Below, piece after piece: positions 1 to 8,433 of a stretch of 39,524 bases of DNA. The notes beneath the pieces are model-generated. The model did no database searches. It was not told where the DNA came from and saw nothing but the letters and a program-made list of their open reading frames with translations. The translations under genes and the position numbers were made by a program. The DNA is from an uncultured Planctomycetales bacterium (lineage in GTDB: Bacteria; Planctomycetota; UBA1135), in assembly GCA_964453755.1 (NCBI GenBank), contig CAYVPL010000001.1, forward strand, positions 1 to 39,524, given 5' to 3'. How positions within the stretch are numbered: position 1 is the first letter of the stretch; each line of letters opens with the position of its first letter.

Positions 1-238
1 CCTCGCGCTGGGTCGGCTGGACCACGTCGGCCAGCGGATGTTGGCCCGCGAGCACGCTGTAGATGGAGGGATCGCCCGGCGCCGGCATGCGGTCGAAGGA
101 GATCGAAAGGTGCGCCTGCGGATCGAGGTCCACGAGCAGGACGCGCAGGCCGGATTCGGCCAGGGCCGCGCCGAGGTTCATGCAGGAGGTGGTTTTTCCA
201 ACCCCTCCCTTCTGGTTGATGACGGCAAGGATCCGCAC
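1..238 (-). CDS. parA: ParA/Soj/MinD-family partition ATPase, N-terminal fragment (gene runs off the left edge)
   Basis: Reverse-strand translation from the GTG at 238 gives VRILAVINQKGGVGKTTSCMNLGAALAESGLRVLLVDLDPQAH..., which carries the deviant Walker A KGGxGKT. It is absent from the ORF track because there is no stop in the window. Confidence 0.85.
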   Translation of the reverse strand, partial: MRILAVINQKGGVGKTTSCMNLGAALAESGLRVLLVDLDPQAHLSISFDRMPAPGDPSIYSVLAGQHPLADVVQPTQRE

Positions 239-256
239 GGGGGGCAGACTGCCAGA

Positions 257-1198
257 TCAGGCGTCCAGGAACAAGCAGGAAGCGGAATTACCAGTTGCCG
301 ATCTTGTGGCCTGGCACCACCTCTCCCAAGCCGCCGGGTCGGCCGGCAGGCCGATGCGCAGTTGGGCTGCCGCGTGAAGCAGGCTGTAACCCGCCTCCTG
401 GGGTCCGCCGGCCGGGCGCAGCGCCTGATAAAGCTGGTGCCAGCGGGCCCTGCGGATCCCGGCATGGTTGTCCAGGCAGCGCTCGGCGCTGGCCCGGAAC
501 TCGCTCAGGCCGCGGCGCACGGTGCGCTCCATCCGCGCCCAGGAACCGAGCAGGCTCGAGTCCACCTCCTGGCCGAGCTGCTTGAGCCGCGCGAGTTCGG
601 CCGCCCAGAGGGCGTCGGTCTGCTCGAGTGCGGCGGCGAGTTCGCCGGACAATTCCGGGCGGTACATCTCGGCGTGGGCGCGCTCCTGCGCCAGCATCTC
701 TTCCGGCTGCAGGCCGAGCTCGGCGAGCGCGCGGCGCTGATGCGGACCCAGCCAGACGATGCGCGGCTCTTCGACTTCCGGAGCGGCCGCGCGATCCTCC
801 GCCGTCGCGATGCGCGCCTGCAGGCCGGGGATCAGGCGCGGCCACAACTCGAGCGCGGCGGCGGTGAGGCTGGCGCCCGGCGCGGGCAGAAAATCATTCA
901 CCATTTTCGCCAGGCCCTCGGCCGGCGTCACCATGTCGCGGATCGCGGCCGCCAGCATGGCGCGCTCGCGCTCGTCGCGAAAGACGCCCTGATGCGGCGC
1001 CGGCAGGCCGAGCGGGTCCCCGTAGGCGTTCTGCACGCGCAGCAGCAGGTCTTCGTCGCGCAGCAGGCTCTCGTCGAGCGCGAGGATCACGCGCTGCGCC
1101 GCGCCGGCGCGCGCGCAGGCGCGCAGCAGTCGGTTGAAAGTGAGAAGGCGTCCGCCGGCGAATCCGGGCGCGGCGCGCACCACCCAGGCGGCGCTCAT
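257..1198 (-). CDS. Hypothetical protein (313 aa) with a BshC-C-terminal-like region
   Basis: The ATG at 1198 overlaps the pyrF stop (ATGA). The stop lies 19 nt upstream of the parA start. The tail (QEVDSSLLGSWARMERTV...ALRPAGGPQEAGYSLL) resembles the C-terminal domain of BshC-type cysteine ligases, but the N-terminal Rossmann part is absent. The 496-aa form in the track is an Arg-rich shadow extension through pyrF. Confidence 0.55.
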   Translation of the reverse strand: MSAAWVVRAAPGFAGGRLLTFNRLLRACARAGAAQRVILALDESLLRDEDLLLRVQNAYGDPLGLPAPHQGVFRDERERAMLAAAIRDMVTPAEGLAKMVNDFLPAPGASLTAAALELWPRLIPGLQARIATAEDRAAAPEVEEPRIVWLGPHQRRALAELGLQPEEMLAQERAHAEMYRPELSGELAAALEQTDALWAAELARLKQLGQEVDSSLLGSWARMERTVRRGLSEFRASAERCLDNHAGIRRARWHQLYQALRPAGGPQEAGYSLLHAAAQLRIGLPADPAAWERWCQATRSATGNSASCLFLDA

Positions 1199-2106
1199 CG
1201 CGGCGCCGCGCGCAGTTGCGCCAGATCGGCGCACATCTCCGCGAGCGCGGCTTCGGTGCGCGCTTCCCACGTGCTGAGATGGGCGAGATCGGCGCGCGCG
1301 TGCGCGTGCAGCACCGAGCGGCTGGCGGTCACGAGCGCGCCGTGGCCGCGCGCGTCGAAGGCCGGCGCGAGCCCGGCGGCCGTTCCGCCCTGCGCGCCGT
1401 AGCCCGGCAGCAGCAGCGGCGCGTGCGGCATCAGCGCGCGGAAGCGCGCGAGTTCGCCGGGCCGCGTCGCGCCGATCACCGCGCCCGCGGCGCTCCAGCC
1501 GCTCGGGCCGCGCAGCGGTTCGCCCCACGAGGCAACCTGGCGCGCGACGACTTCGGCCAGCGGCGGCGCGCCGTGATCCTGAAACAGGCCGGCGCCGGGG
1601 TTCGAGGTCTTCACCAGGAAGAAGATGCCGGCTTGCGCCGCGCGCGCGGCGTCGAGGAAGGGCGCGCAGGCGTCCTCGCCCAGATAGGGATTGACGGTCA
1701 GCGCGTCGCTGCGCGGCAGCGCCTCGTGATGGCCGCCGGACAACCACGCGTCCGCGTAGGCTTCGGCGGTGCTGCCGATGTCGCCGCGTTTGGCGTCCAT
1801 CACGACGAGCAGGCCGAGCTCGTGCGCGCGCTCGACGGCGTCGGCCAACGCTGCGATCCCGGGCGGGCCGAGGCGCTCGAAGAATGCTGCCTGCGGCTTC
1901 ACGGCTGCGGCGCGCGGCGCAATGACCGGCAGCAGCGCGCGGTGATAGTCCTGCAGCGCCGCGGCCGCGGCGCCGGCCGAGCCGCCGAGCGCGCGGCTCT
2001 TGAACGGCTCCGGCAGCTGGTCGAGGCGCGGATCCAGGCCGACCATCGCCGGGCTGCGCTTCGCGTCCACGGCTGCGAACAGGCGCTCGGCGAATCCCTG
2101 CTTCAT
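1195..2106 (-). CDS. pyrF: Orotidine-5'-phosphate decarboxylase, type 2
   Basis: 303 aa with MVGLDPR and VVMDAKRGDIGST motifs. The length and layout are typical of long-form PyrF. Confidence 0.9.
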   Translation of the reverse strand: MKQGFAERLFAAVDAKRSPAMVGLDPRLDQLPEPFKSRALGGSAGAAAAALQDYHRALLPVIAPRAAAVKPQAAFFERLGPPGIAALADAVERAHELGLLVVMDAKRGDIGSTAEAYADAWLSGGHHEALPRSDALTVNPYLGEDACAPFLDAARAAQAGIFFLVKTSNPGAGLFQDHGAPPLAEVVARQVASWGEPLRGPSGWSAAGAVIGATRPGELARFRALMPHAPLLLPGYGAQGGTAAGLAPAFDARGHGALVTASRSVLHAHARADLAHLSTWEARTEAALAEMCADLAQLRAAPR

Positions 2107-2130
2107 CGCGCCGGAAGAATAGCGCGGCGC

Positions 2131-3300
2131 TCAGACCTGCAGCGCGTCCGGCGCCAGACGCACCAGCAGGTCGTCGAGGAAGAGCAGGCCGCGCGGCGTC
2201 GCGCGCGTGCGGCGGTCCGCGCCGGCGCCGACCGTCTCCAACATTCCTTCTTCATGCAGCGCGCGCCAGGCGGGCGCGCAGTCCGCCGTCTGAGGGCTGA
2301 GGCCGGTGCGCGCGAGCAGGCGCGCGTGTGACACCCCCTCTTCGCGCAGGCGCAGGCCCATCATCAGATTGTCGAAGAGGACGGTCGGCGCGGCGGTGCG
2401 CTCGCGCTCGGCTGCCGGGTCGGAGCCCGCGGCGAGCGCCGCCTCGTAGGCGTCGGGCCGCTCGAGGTTTTTGCGCCGCTCGCCGTGGCGCCACGATGCG
2501 GCGCCCGCGCCGATGCCGACGTAGTCGAGCGAGCGCCAGTAGGCGAGATTGTGGAGCGAAGCTTCGCCGGCGCGCGCGAAGGCGCTGACTTCGTAGGCGC
2601 CGAAGCCGCGCTCGGCGGTGAGCGCCGCGGTGGCTTCGAAGAGTTCGCGGCAGCGCTGGCTCTCCTCTCCCGTCCAACGGCCGGCGTCGCGCAGGCGCGT
2701 GAGCGCGGTGCCGGGCTCGTAGGAGAGTTCGTAGCAGGAGACGTGCTCCGGCTGCCAGGACAGAACTTCGCTCAGGTCCTGGCGCCAGACTGCGGGGTCT
2801 TGGCCCGGGAAGGCGAAAATGAGATCGCAGTTGACGCGGCGGAAGCCGGCGGCGCGGGCGTTGTCGAAGGCCCGGCGCGCGCCGGCCGCGTCGTGCACGC
2901 GGTCGTAGGCCTGCAGCACGTCCGCCTGCAGCGACTGCACGCCGATCGAAACGCGCGTCACGCCGCCGGCGGCGCAGGCCGCGGCGCGCGCGGGATCGAA
3001 GGATTCCGGATTGGCCTCGAGCGTGACTTCGCGCGCGCTGGCGCGGAAGCCGGTGATCGCGTCGAGCTCCCCGAGCAGTCGCGTCAGCTCCGGCGCCGGC
3101 AGAAATGAGGGCGTGCCGCCGCCGAAGAACACCGTCTGCGGACGCAGGCCGGCGGCGCGCAGCCGCGCCTCGCTCAGCAGCGCGTCCACGTGGCGCGCAA
3201 GATTCTGTCCGGTCCAGGCGTAGGAATTGAAGTCGCAGTAGCGGCACTTCTTCACGCAGAAGGGCAAGTGCACGTACAGCGAGACGCCGTCGTCGGACAA
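2131..3300 (-). CDS. hemW: Radical-SAM heme chaperone HemW / oxygen-independent coproporphyrinogen oxidase-like protein
   Basis: Contains LYVHLPFCVKKCRYCDFNS (CxxxCxxC), GGGTPS and a HemN_C-like tail. I prefer the TTG start at 3300 (MSDDGVSLYVHLPFC), which matches the usual HemW N-terminus. The ATG at 3444 or the track start at 3588 would overlap the sigma gene by 92-236 nt. Confidence 0.8.
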   Translation of the reverse strand: MSDDGVSLYVHLPFCVKKCRYCDFNSYAWTGQNLARHVDALLSEARLRAAGLRPQTVFFGGGTPSFLPAPELTRLLGELDAITGFRASAREVTLEANPESFDPARAAACAAGGVTRVSIGVQSLQADVLQAYDRVHDAAGARRAFDNARAAGFRRVNCDLIFAFPGQDPAVWRQDLSEVLSWQPEHVSCYELSYEPGTALTRLRDAGRWTGEESQRCRELFEATAALTAERGFGAYEVSAFARAGEASLHNLAYWRSLDYVGIGAGAASWRHGERRKNLERPDAYEAALAAGSDPAAERERTAAPTVLFDNLMMGLRLREEGVSHARLLARTGLSPQTADCAPAWRALHEEGMLETVGAGADRRTRATPRGLLFLDDLLVRLAPDALQV

Positions 3301-3352
3301 CGCGCCGGGCGGAACCGCCGCCGCGGCGAGGGCATCGCGGATGCCCGTGAGA

Positions 3353-4186
3353 TCAGGCGGGGCGGCGTCGGGCTTCGTCGGCCTTGCCGCGTCCGGCGCC
3401 GGGCAGGATGCGCTCGGCGGGTTGTCCTTCGACGACGTAGGCATGGAGCTTGCGAAGCGCGTGAGTCTCGAGTTGACGCACCCGCTCGCGCGAGATTCCG
3501 AGCGCCTCGGAGATGTTCTCGAGGGTCGAAGCCTCCGCGTCGTCGAGGCCGTAGCGCATGCGCAGCACGGAGGCCTCGAGCGGGTCAATGAGGTCCAGGA
3601 TATCGCGCAGCGTCGCCAGCGCGTCTTCCTGCATCACGATGTCGTCCGGCGTACGGCTGTCGCGGTTGGTGTCCTCGTCGTGCCGCTCCAAGCCTTGCAG
3701 CAGTTCGGGCGCCATCACTCCTCCCCCATCCTGCGCAATGAGCGTCTGCTCCACCATCTTCCGATTGGATTTGGAAAGCTTGAGGCGCTGCGCGATTTCA
3801 TCCTGCGAGGGCCGGCGGCCGAATTCGTGCAGCAACAGCTCGGAAGTGCGGTGCCACTTCGTGATGATTTCGACCATGTACGAAGGCACGCGCACCGTCT
3901 TGACATGATTGATCAAGGCGCGGCGGATCGTCTGCTGAATCCACCAGGTGGCGTAGGTGGAGAAGCGGAACCCGGCCTCCGGGTCGAATTTCTCCGTCCC
4001 CTTGAGCAGGCCGAGGTTGCCCTCCGCGATCAGGTCCGGCAGCGCCAAGCCGCGGCCGCGGAAGCGCTTGGCGATGGACACCACCAAACGCAGGTTGGCG
4101 CGGATCATGCGCTCGCGCGCCGCCTCGTCGCCCGCGCGGATCAGTCTTCCCAGCGCCACCTCGTCGGCAGCGGTGAGCAGAGGCAC
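3353..4186 (-). CDS. Sigma-70 family RNA polymerase sigma factor (regions 1.2-4, no region 1.1)
   Basis: Contains [19 protein letters not shown] (region 2) and a region 4 helix-turn-helix ([27 protein letters not shown]). The GTG at 4186 is the only canonical start, but the conserved region 1.2 continues upstream, so the true start may be at 4234 or 4264 (see findings). Confidence 0.9.
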   Translation of the reverse strand: MPLLTAADEVALGRLIRAGDEAARERMIRANLRLVVSIAKRFRGRGLALPDLIAEGNLGLLKGTEKFDPEAGFRFSTYATWWIQQTIRRALINHVKTVRVPSYMVEIITKWHRTSELLLHEFGRRPSQDEIAQRLKLSKSNRKMVEQTLIAQDGGGVMAPELLQGLERHDEDTNRDSRTPDDIVMQEDALATLRDILDLIDPLEASVLRMRYGLDDAEASTLENISEALGISRERVRQLETHALRKLHAYVVEGQPAERILPGAGRGKADEARRRPA

Positions 4187-4348
4187 CTCGTCGATCTCAC
4201 GCAGGTACGTCTCGAGGCAGCGGTCCGAAGCGATGGGCGTTCTCCGAGAGTGGTGGCAACACAGCCGCGATGGCGACCGTTCAGGGGGTGTGACTCTTTC
4301 GGCTGCACTTGGGTTCCGCTTGAATGCCCAAAATGCAACTTCCTAGTC

Positions 4349-4377
4349 TTGCCGGGTGCGCAAAAGTGCCCTAAGTA
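4349..4377 (+). promoter_or_regulatory. Candidate sigma-70-type promoter for parB (TTGCCG-17 nt-TAAGTA)
   Basis: A hexamer pair with 17-nt spacing lies in the only sizeable lower-GC intergenic region (4187-4508), about 130 nt upstream of the parB ATG. This rests on pattern match only. Confidence 0.2.
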
Positions 4378-4508
4378 CTTACGCCGCAAAGGGTTAGAGA
4401 ATGGACCGCTGCTGAACAATGCCCCAGACTTGTGGCTTGCGGGCCCCCCGCCGATCCTCCCTCGCTGGATTCCGCGTAATTTCGGCGCTAGTGTGGAGTC
4501 ATCTCAAC

Positions 4509-5411
4509 ATGACGCAGCCCCGCAAGCTTGGTCGAGGACTCGGATCACTTCTGGCCGCAAGACACGGACAGGAGGCCGAGGTGGTGGACTCCGATGGCCG
4601 GATCTGGGCCCCGTTGGAGGACTTGAGTCCGAGCAGCGAACAGCCTCGACGCGACCTGGACCGCCAGATTGAGAGCCTGGCGGAGTCGCTTCGGCGGCAC
4701 GGCATGATGCAGCCCATCATCGTGACCAAGCTTCCAGGAGGTCGCTGGGAGATCCTGGCCGGCGAGCGCCGTTGGAGGGCGGCGAAACTGGCTGGGATGA
4801 AGAATGTGCCCATCCTCGAGCGTGCTGCTCCTGCTGACCGGGGTGAGCGCCTGGAGTTGGCCCTCATTGAGAACATCCAGCGCGAGGATCTGAATCCCAT
4901 TGAGCGCGCCCAAGCCTGCCAGCGGTTGATTGCGGAGCATGGCTACACCCAGGAGCACGTGGCGGAGCGCTTGGGCTATCAGCGGTCAACCGTGGCGAAC
5001 CTGGTGCGACTTCTGGACCTGCCCTCGGAGCTGCAGGACGATGTTTCACGTGAAACACTGACCGCAGGACACGCGCGTGCCCTCCTGCAACTTCAGGGAA
5101 ACCCGCTTCAGGCTGAGGCTCGCAAGCGGATGATCGCCGAGAACCTCTCCGTGCGCCAGGCTGAGGAGCTCTGCAAGGCTTGGGCGGCCCATGGGGCTGA
5201 GCCCAAGCACCGCGCACGGCCGCGGAAGCCGTCATGGGTGGCCGATCTTCAGGAGAAGACCTCCCGTGCCTTAGGGGTGCGGACCGAGATCGCCCTGCTG
5301 GCGCGCGGTGGGGGCAAACTCATCCTCCACTTCCAAGACCTGGACCAACTCGACCGCCTGACGCGGGAACTGGGCGGCCCCTCCGAGGCCGAAGAATTGC
5401 TCGAAGGCTAG
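4509..5411 (+). CDS. parB: Chromosome partitioning protein ParB/Spo0J
   Basis: 300 aa from the ATG at 4509. Contains KLGRGLGSLL, the GERRWRAAKLAG arginine patch and a helix-turn-helix (TQEHVAERLGYQRSTVANLVRLL). Confidence 0.92.
   Translation: MTQPRKLGRGLGSLLAARHGQEAEVVDSDGRIWAPLEDLSPSSEQPRRDLDRQIESLAESLRRHGMMQPIIVTKLPGGRWEILAGERRWRAAKLAGMKNVPILERAAPADRGERLELALIENIQREDLNPIERAQACQRLIAEHGYTQEHVAERLGYQRSTVANLVRLLDLPSELQDDVSRETLTAGHARALLQLQGNPLQAEARKRMIAENLSVRQAEELCKAWAAHGAEPKHRARPRKPSWVADLQEKTSRALGVRTEIALLARGGGKLILHFQDLDQLDRLTRELGGPSEAEELLEG
5042..5057. other. parS: parS centromere-like site, perfect palindrome TGTTTCACGTGAAACA
   Basis: Exact match to the canonical 16-bp parS consensus TGTTNCACGTGAAACA. 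It lies inside parB, encoding DDVSRETL. Confidence 0.85.
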
Positions 5412-5424
5412 TTCTGAAAAGGCT

Positions 5425-6354
5425 TTAGAGCGCTCGGGCGCTGACCACCTTCACCGTCGCCGAGGGCCCCGCGGCTTCCAAGGCGGCCTTCAGCGGTGCT
5501 AAGCCCTCCAGCACTTTTGCCAGAACCGTGGCCTGTCCGTCCAACTGGAACAGGTCCATCAGCAGCAGTTGAACCGCGCCCGGGTCCTGAGCGCCGAACT
5601 GCCCAGGGAGCTGCAGAATGCCGATCGTGCCTTCCTCATGGAAGAGGCCGTACGGCCGCTCCACCAGGATGGTCGGCGGCGCCTCAGCACCCTCTGCCAC
5701 TTCGATCTTCGTGAGGTTCATGGTCAGGCCGGTCGTACCCAGAAGGCGCGCGGACTGATCATTCATGCGTCCAGCTTCGACCCAACTCAGGAAGGCCGCG
5801 GTTCCGACCGGGCACTGCTCCTCGTAGAGGCCAGCGACAATCGTGTAAGTCGTTTCTGCGCCTAGACTTACGACGATTTCGACTTTCCTCCCGGTGGGCT
5901 CCGGGCTGACGAATTCCTTGGGCAGAGCGCCCGCTCCGGAGTCCTCCAATTGACGGAGGAGGAAGGCGGCCATGCCTTCGCGTCCGCCCGGAGTGGCGAC
6001 TCGGATCGAGTCATCCTGAGCCAGGCTTTCCAGTTCCGGCTTCAGCAGGGCCAGGGCCTCAGCGTCGCCGTCCTGCGCGGCCTGCCGCGTGGCCTCCATC
6101 ACCACCCAGGGGAAAATCCGGGGGTCCGACTTCGCCTCGCCCAGCCGCGTGCTGAGGGCGGGACTCTCCGGACCAGCCATGGCCAGCGCCCGGTACGCGT
6201 CCCAGGACTCCTCTCGCGCTCCTGCAGCCCAGTCGGCGCTGAGGTTCCGGTACGTCACGATGCCGCCGACGACGGCCACGCCCGCCAAGAGAAACCAGAC
6301 GTTTGCGCGCAGCCACGCGTAAAGGGGTGTGTCCTGAAAGGTGATCTCCGACAT
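5425..6354 (-). CDS. Membrane-anchored protein with a divergent cyclophilin-type PPIase-like C-terminal domain
   Basis: 309 aa with an N-terminal TM helix (VWFLLAGVAVVGGIV). The C-terminal ~150 aa align by eye to cyclophilins: YEEQCPVGTAAFLSWVEAG versus FDDKAPETVKNFLDYCREG, and EGTIGIL...VQLLL...LDGQATVLAKVLEGL versus RGTLAMA...AQFFI...LDG.H.VFG.V..G. Confidence 0.6.
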   Translation of the reverse strand: MSEITFQDTPLYAWLRANVWFLLAGVAVVGGIVTYRNLSADWAAGAREESWDAYRALAMAGPESPALSTRLGEAKSDPRIFPWVVMEATRQAAQDGDAEALALLKPELESLAQDDSIRVATPGGREGMAAFLLRQLEDSGAGALPKEFVSPEPTGRKVEIVVSLGAETTYTIVAGLYEEQCPVGTAAFLSWVEAGRMNDQSARLLGTTGLTMNLTKIEVAEGAEAPPTILVERPYGLFHEEGTIGILQLPGQFGAQDPGAVQLLLMDLFQLDGQATVLAKVLEGLAPLKAALEAAGPSATVKVVSARAL

Positions 6355-6450
6355 GGAAGTGCGGCCAGTCTAGCGATGCGCCGCCGACCCCGGCGTGAGA
6401 CCTCCCAAGCCCCCTGCCGTTCCTAGACTACGGTTCTCCCGCAATCATTC

Positions 6451-8433
6451 ATGACCGTCCTTCCCAAGATTCTCACCTTCTGCCTGCCGCTCGCGTTCGT
6501 GGCATGTCAGGCCACGCCGGCCATGCTCGCCAAGAAGGAGCTCGCGCCGGTTCCCGCCAGCCTCGCCGACCAGCTCCCCAGCGACACGGTGCTCTTCTTC
6601 GCGATGCCCGACGTTCCCGCCATGCGCGCGAACATGGGCAAATCCACGATGCTGAAGATGTACCGCGAGCCGGAGATGCAGGAGTTCCTCTCCGGCGGGC
6701 TCGAGCTGCTGGACGAGGCCTGGGTCGAGTTGCGCGCTCAGGCGGACATGCAGGGCATCCCGCCTTCGCTGATGAGCTGGGACAATCTGCGCTCCTTCGA
6801 GATGGGCATGGCGCTGAGAGCCGCGCCGGGGCAGGCCAATCCCTTCGACGCTCCTCCGCACATGCAGGCGCTCGCGCGCTTGAACCTCGCGCCCGGCGTG
6901 GGCGTCGTCGTCTTCGATCTGATGGTCAAGATGGGGGCGAATCACAACCTGACCGTCGAGCAAGGCCAGGGCCGCCGCACGGTGACGGTGGTGAACGAGA
7001 TGGAGGAGGGCAGCCCGCTCATCCTGAAAGTGCACGGCTACGACGACGCGGTGATGCTCGAGTTCACGTGGGGCGCGCCCGGCGCCGGACGTCTCTCTGA
7101 CAATCCCGCCTACCGGCGCGCGTGGCATCGCAATGCCATCGCCGGCACCGCCGCCTTCGGCTTCCTGCAAGTGCAGGACGTCGCCACCCTCATTCACGAC
7201 GGTCTCAGCGCCGAGGAGCCCGCCGTCGCCGAAATGATGGGCGAGTTCTTCACCAGCGTGATGCAGCCGATCGAAGCCGTGGCTTTCGCCTCGGGCTGGA
7301 ACGACGCTGGCAGCTTCACCAACGCCTCGCTCGACTTGAAGGAAAACGCCGGCGAGCTGTGGAAGAGCGCTCCCTTCGACCGCGGCCTCGCCGCGCACAT
7401 TCCGGCCGCCGCAACCAGTTTCTCGATCGCCAGCACCAACAGCGGGCCATGGATGCAAATGATGATGCGCACGCTCGACCGCGTCGGCGCCTACGTTCCG
7501 CCGGAATCGCCGATGAGCCTCAACCAGGTGCTCGCGATGAGCGTGCCTGAAGTGCACGGCTGGATTTACGGCGCGCACCGGCCCGAGTTGGACCGCGCGC
7601 TCGCCAGCTTCGGCACGGCCAGCTTCAGTTACACGGTGCCGACATCCGGCCTCTCCGCCGACAGTTACACCTTCGTGCAGCTCGCGGATCCCGAGGGCAT
7701 GAGCGCCGTGCTCGAGCAACTGATGCCGCGCCTGCGTGAAATCCTCAAGACCTCGGAGGCGCCGCTGCAACTCGAGATGCGCCGCACCAAGCGCAAGACC
7801 ACCCAGCCCGACGGCAGCGTGGTCGAATCCGCCGGGCCGGCCTACTACTGGATCGAGTTCGAGTTCCCGCCCGAAGTCGCGCAGGTCGCGGCCATCGTCG
7901 GCCAGGTCTTCAAGCCGAGCTTCGGCATCGCGCCGGAGGGCTGGCTGGTGTTCTCCATGAACAAGGATTCGGTCAGCCGGATCCTGCGCGACGGCATGGT
8001 GAAGCCCGAGCACAACATTCTCGAGAACCAGGAGGCGGCGAAGTTCCTGACCGCCGCGCACAAGGACGCGCACGCAGTCAGCTGGAGCGACCCGCGCCCG
8101 GCGGCCTCCGCCGCGCTCGGCCTCGTCAGCGGGTTCATCCCGATGCTGGGCGGAATGCTCGGCGAGAACGCCGACCAGATCCCCTTTGATCTGACAAAGT
8201 TCCCGGCGGCCGAGGTCTTCGTGCGCAACATGCGCACCGACGAAGCGGTCTCCTACGCCTGGCTCGGCGACTTCCGCAGTTCCCTCACCGGCAACTTCGG
8301 CTTCGCCGATCTCTTCAGCGTCGTCGGCGCACTCGTGTCCATCGCGCCGCCGTTCATCGGTCTCGCGCAGTCCATGGTCGAAGGCATGCCTGCGGGCGAG
8401 CTGCCGCCGGACCCCGGCATGATCGAGTTCTAG
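6451..8433 (+). CDS. Large secreted/lipoprotein of unknown function (660 aa)
   Basis: Has a signal peptide with a lipobox-like LAFVAC. The composition is protein-like (K, F, N, M, W, Y present), unlike the antisense 666-aa Arg/Gly/His-rich shadow ORF. Confidence 0.75.
   Translation: MTVLPKILTFCLPLAFVACQATPAMLAKKELAPVPASLADQLPSDTVLFFAMPDVPAMRANMGKSTMLKMYREPEMQEFLSGGLELLDEAWVELRAQADMQGIPPSLMSWDNLRSFEMGMALRAAPGQANPFDAPPHMQALARLNLAPGVGVVVFDLMVKMGANHNLTVEQGQGRRTVTVVNEMEEGSPLILKVHGYDDAVMLEFTWGAPGAGRLSDNPAYRRAWHRNAIAGTAAFGFLQVQDVATLIHDGLSAEEPAVAEMMGEFFTSVMQPIEAVAFASGWNDAGSFTNASLDLKENAGELWKSAPFDRGLAAHIPAAATSFSIASTNSGPWMQMMMRTLDRVGAYVPPESPMSLNQVLAMSVPEVHGWIYGAHRPELDRALASFGTASFSYTVPTSGLSADSYTFVQLADPEGMSAVLEQLMPRLREILKTSEAPLQLEMRRTKRKTTQPDGSVVESAGPAYYWIEFEFPPEVAQVAAIVGQVFKPSFGIAPEGWLVFSMNKDSVSRILRDGMVKPEHNILENQEAAKFLTAAHKDAHAVSWSDPRPAASAALGLVSGFIPMLGGMLGENADQIPFDLTKFPAAEVFVRNMRTDEAVSYAWLGDFRSSLTGNFGFADLFSVVGALVSIAPPFIGLAQSMVEGMPAGELPPDPGMIEF

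Noticed and set aside
38-1402. 454-aa plus-strand ORF across the parA, BshC-like and pyrF region
   Set aside because: It is an Arg/Ala-rich shadow frame. The minus strand encodes recognisable ParA and PyrF proteins.
2131-3588. 485-aa version of the HemW ORF
   Set aside because: It would overlap the sigma-factor gene by 236 nt, with an Arg/Ser/Thr-rich N-terminal extension. A TTG at 3300 gives a canonical HemW N-terminus.
7062-7070. GTTCACGTG, resembling a parS half-site
   Set aside because: Only the left half and core match parS. The right arm (GGGGCG) does not, so a functional site is unlikely.
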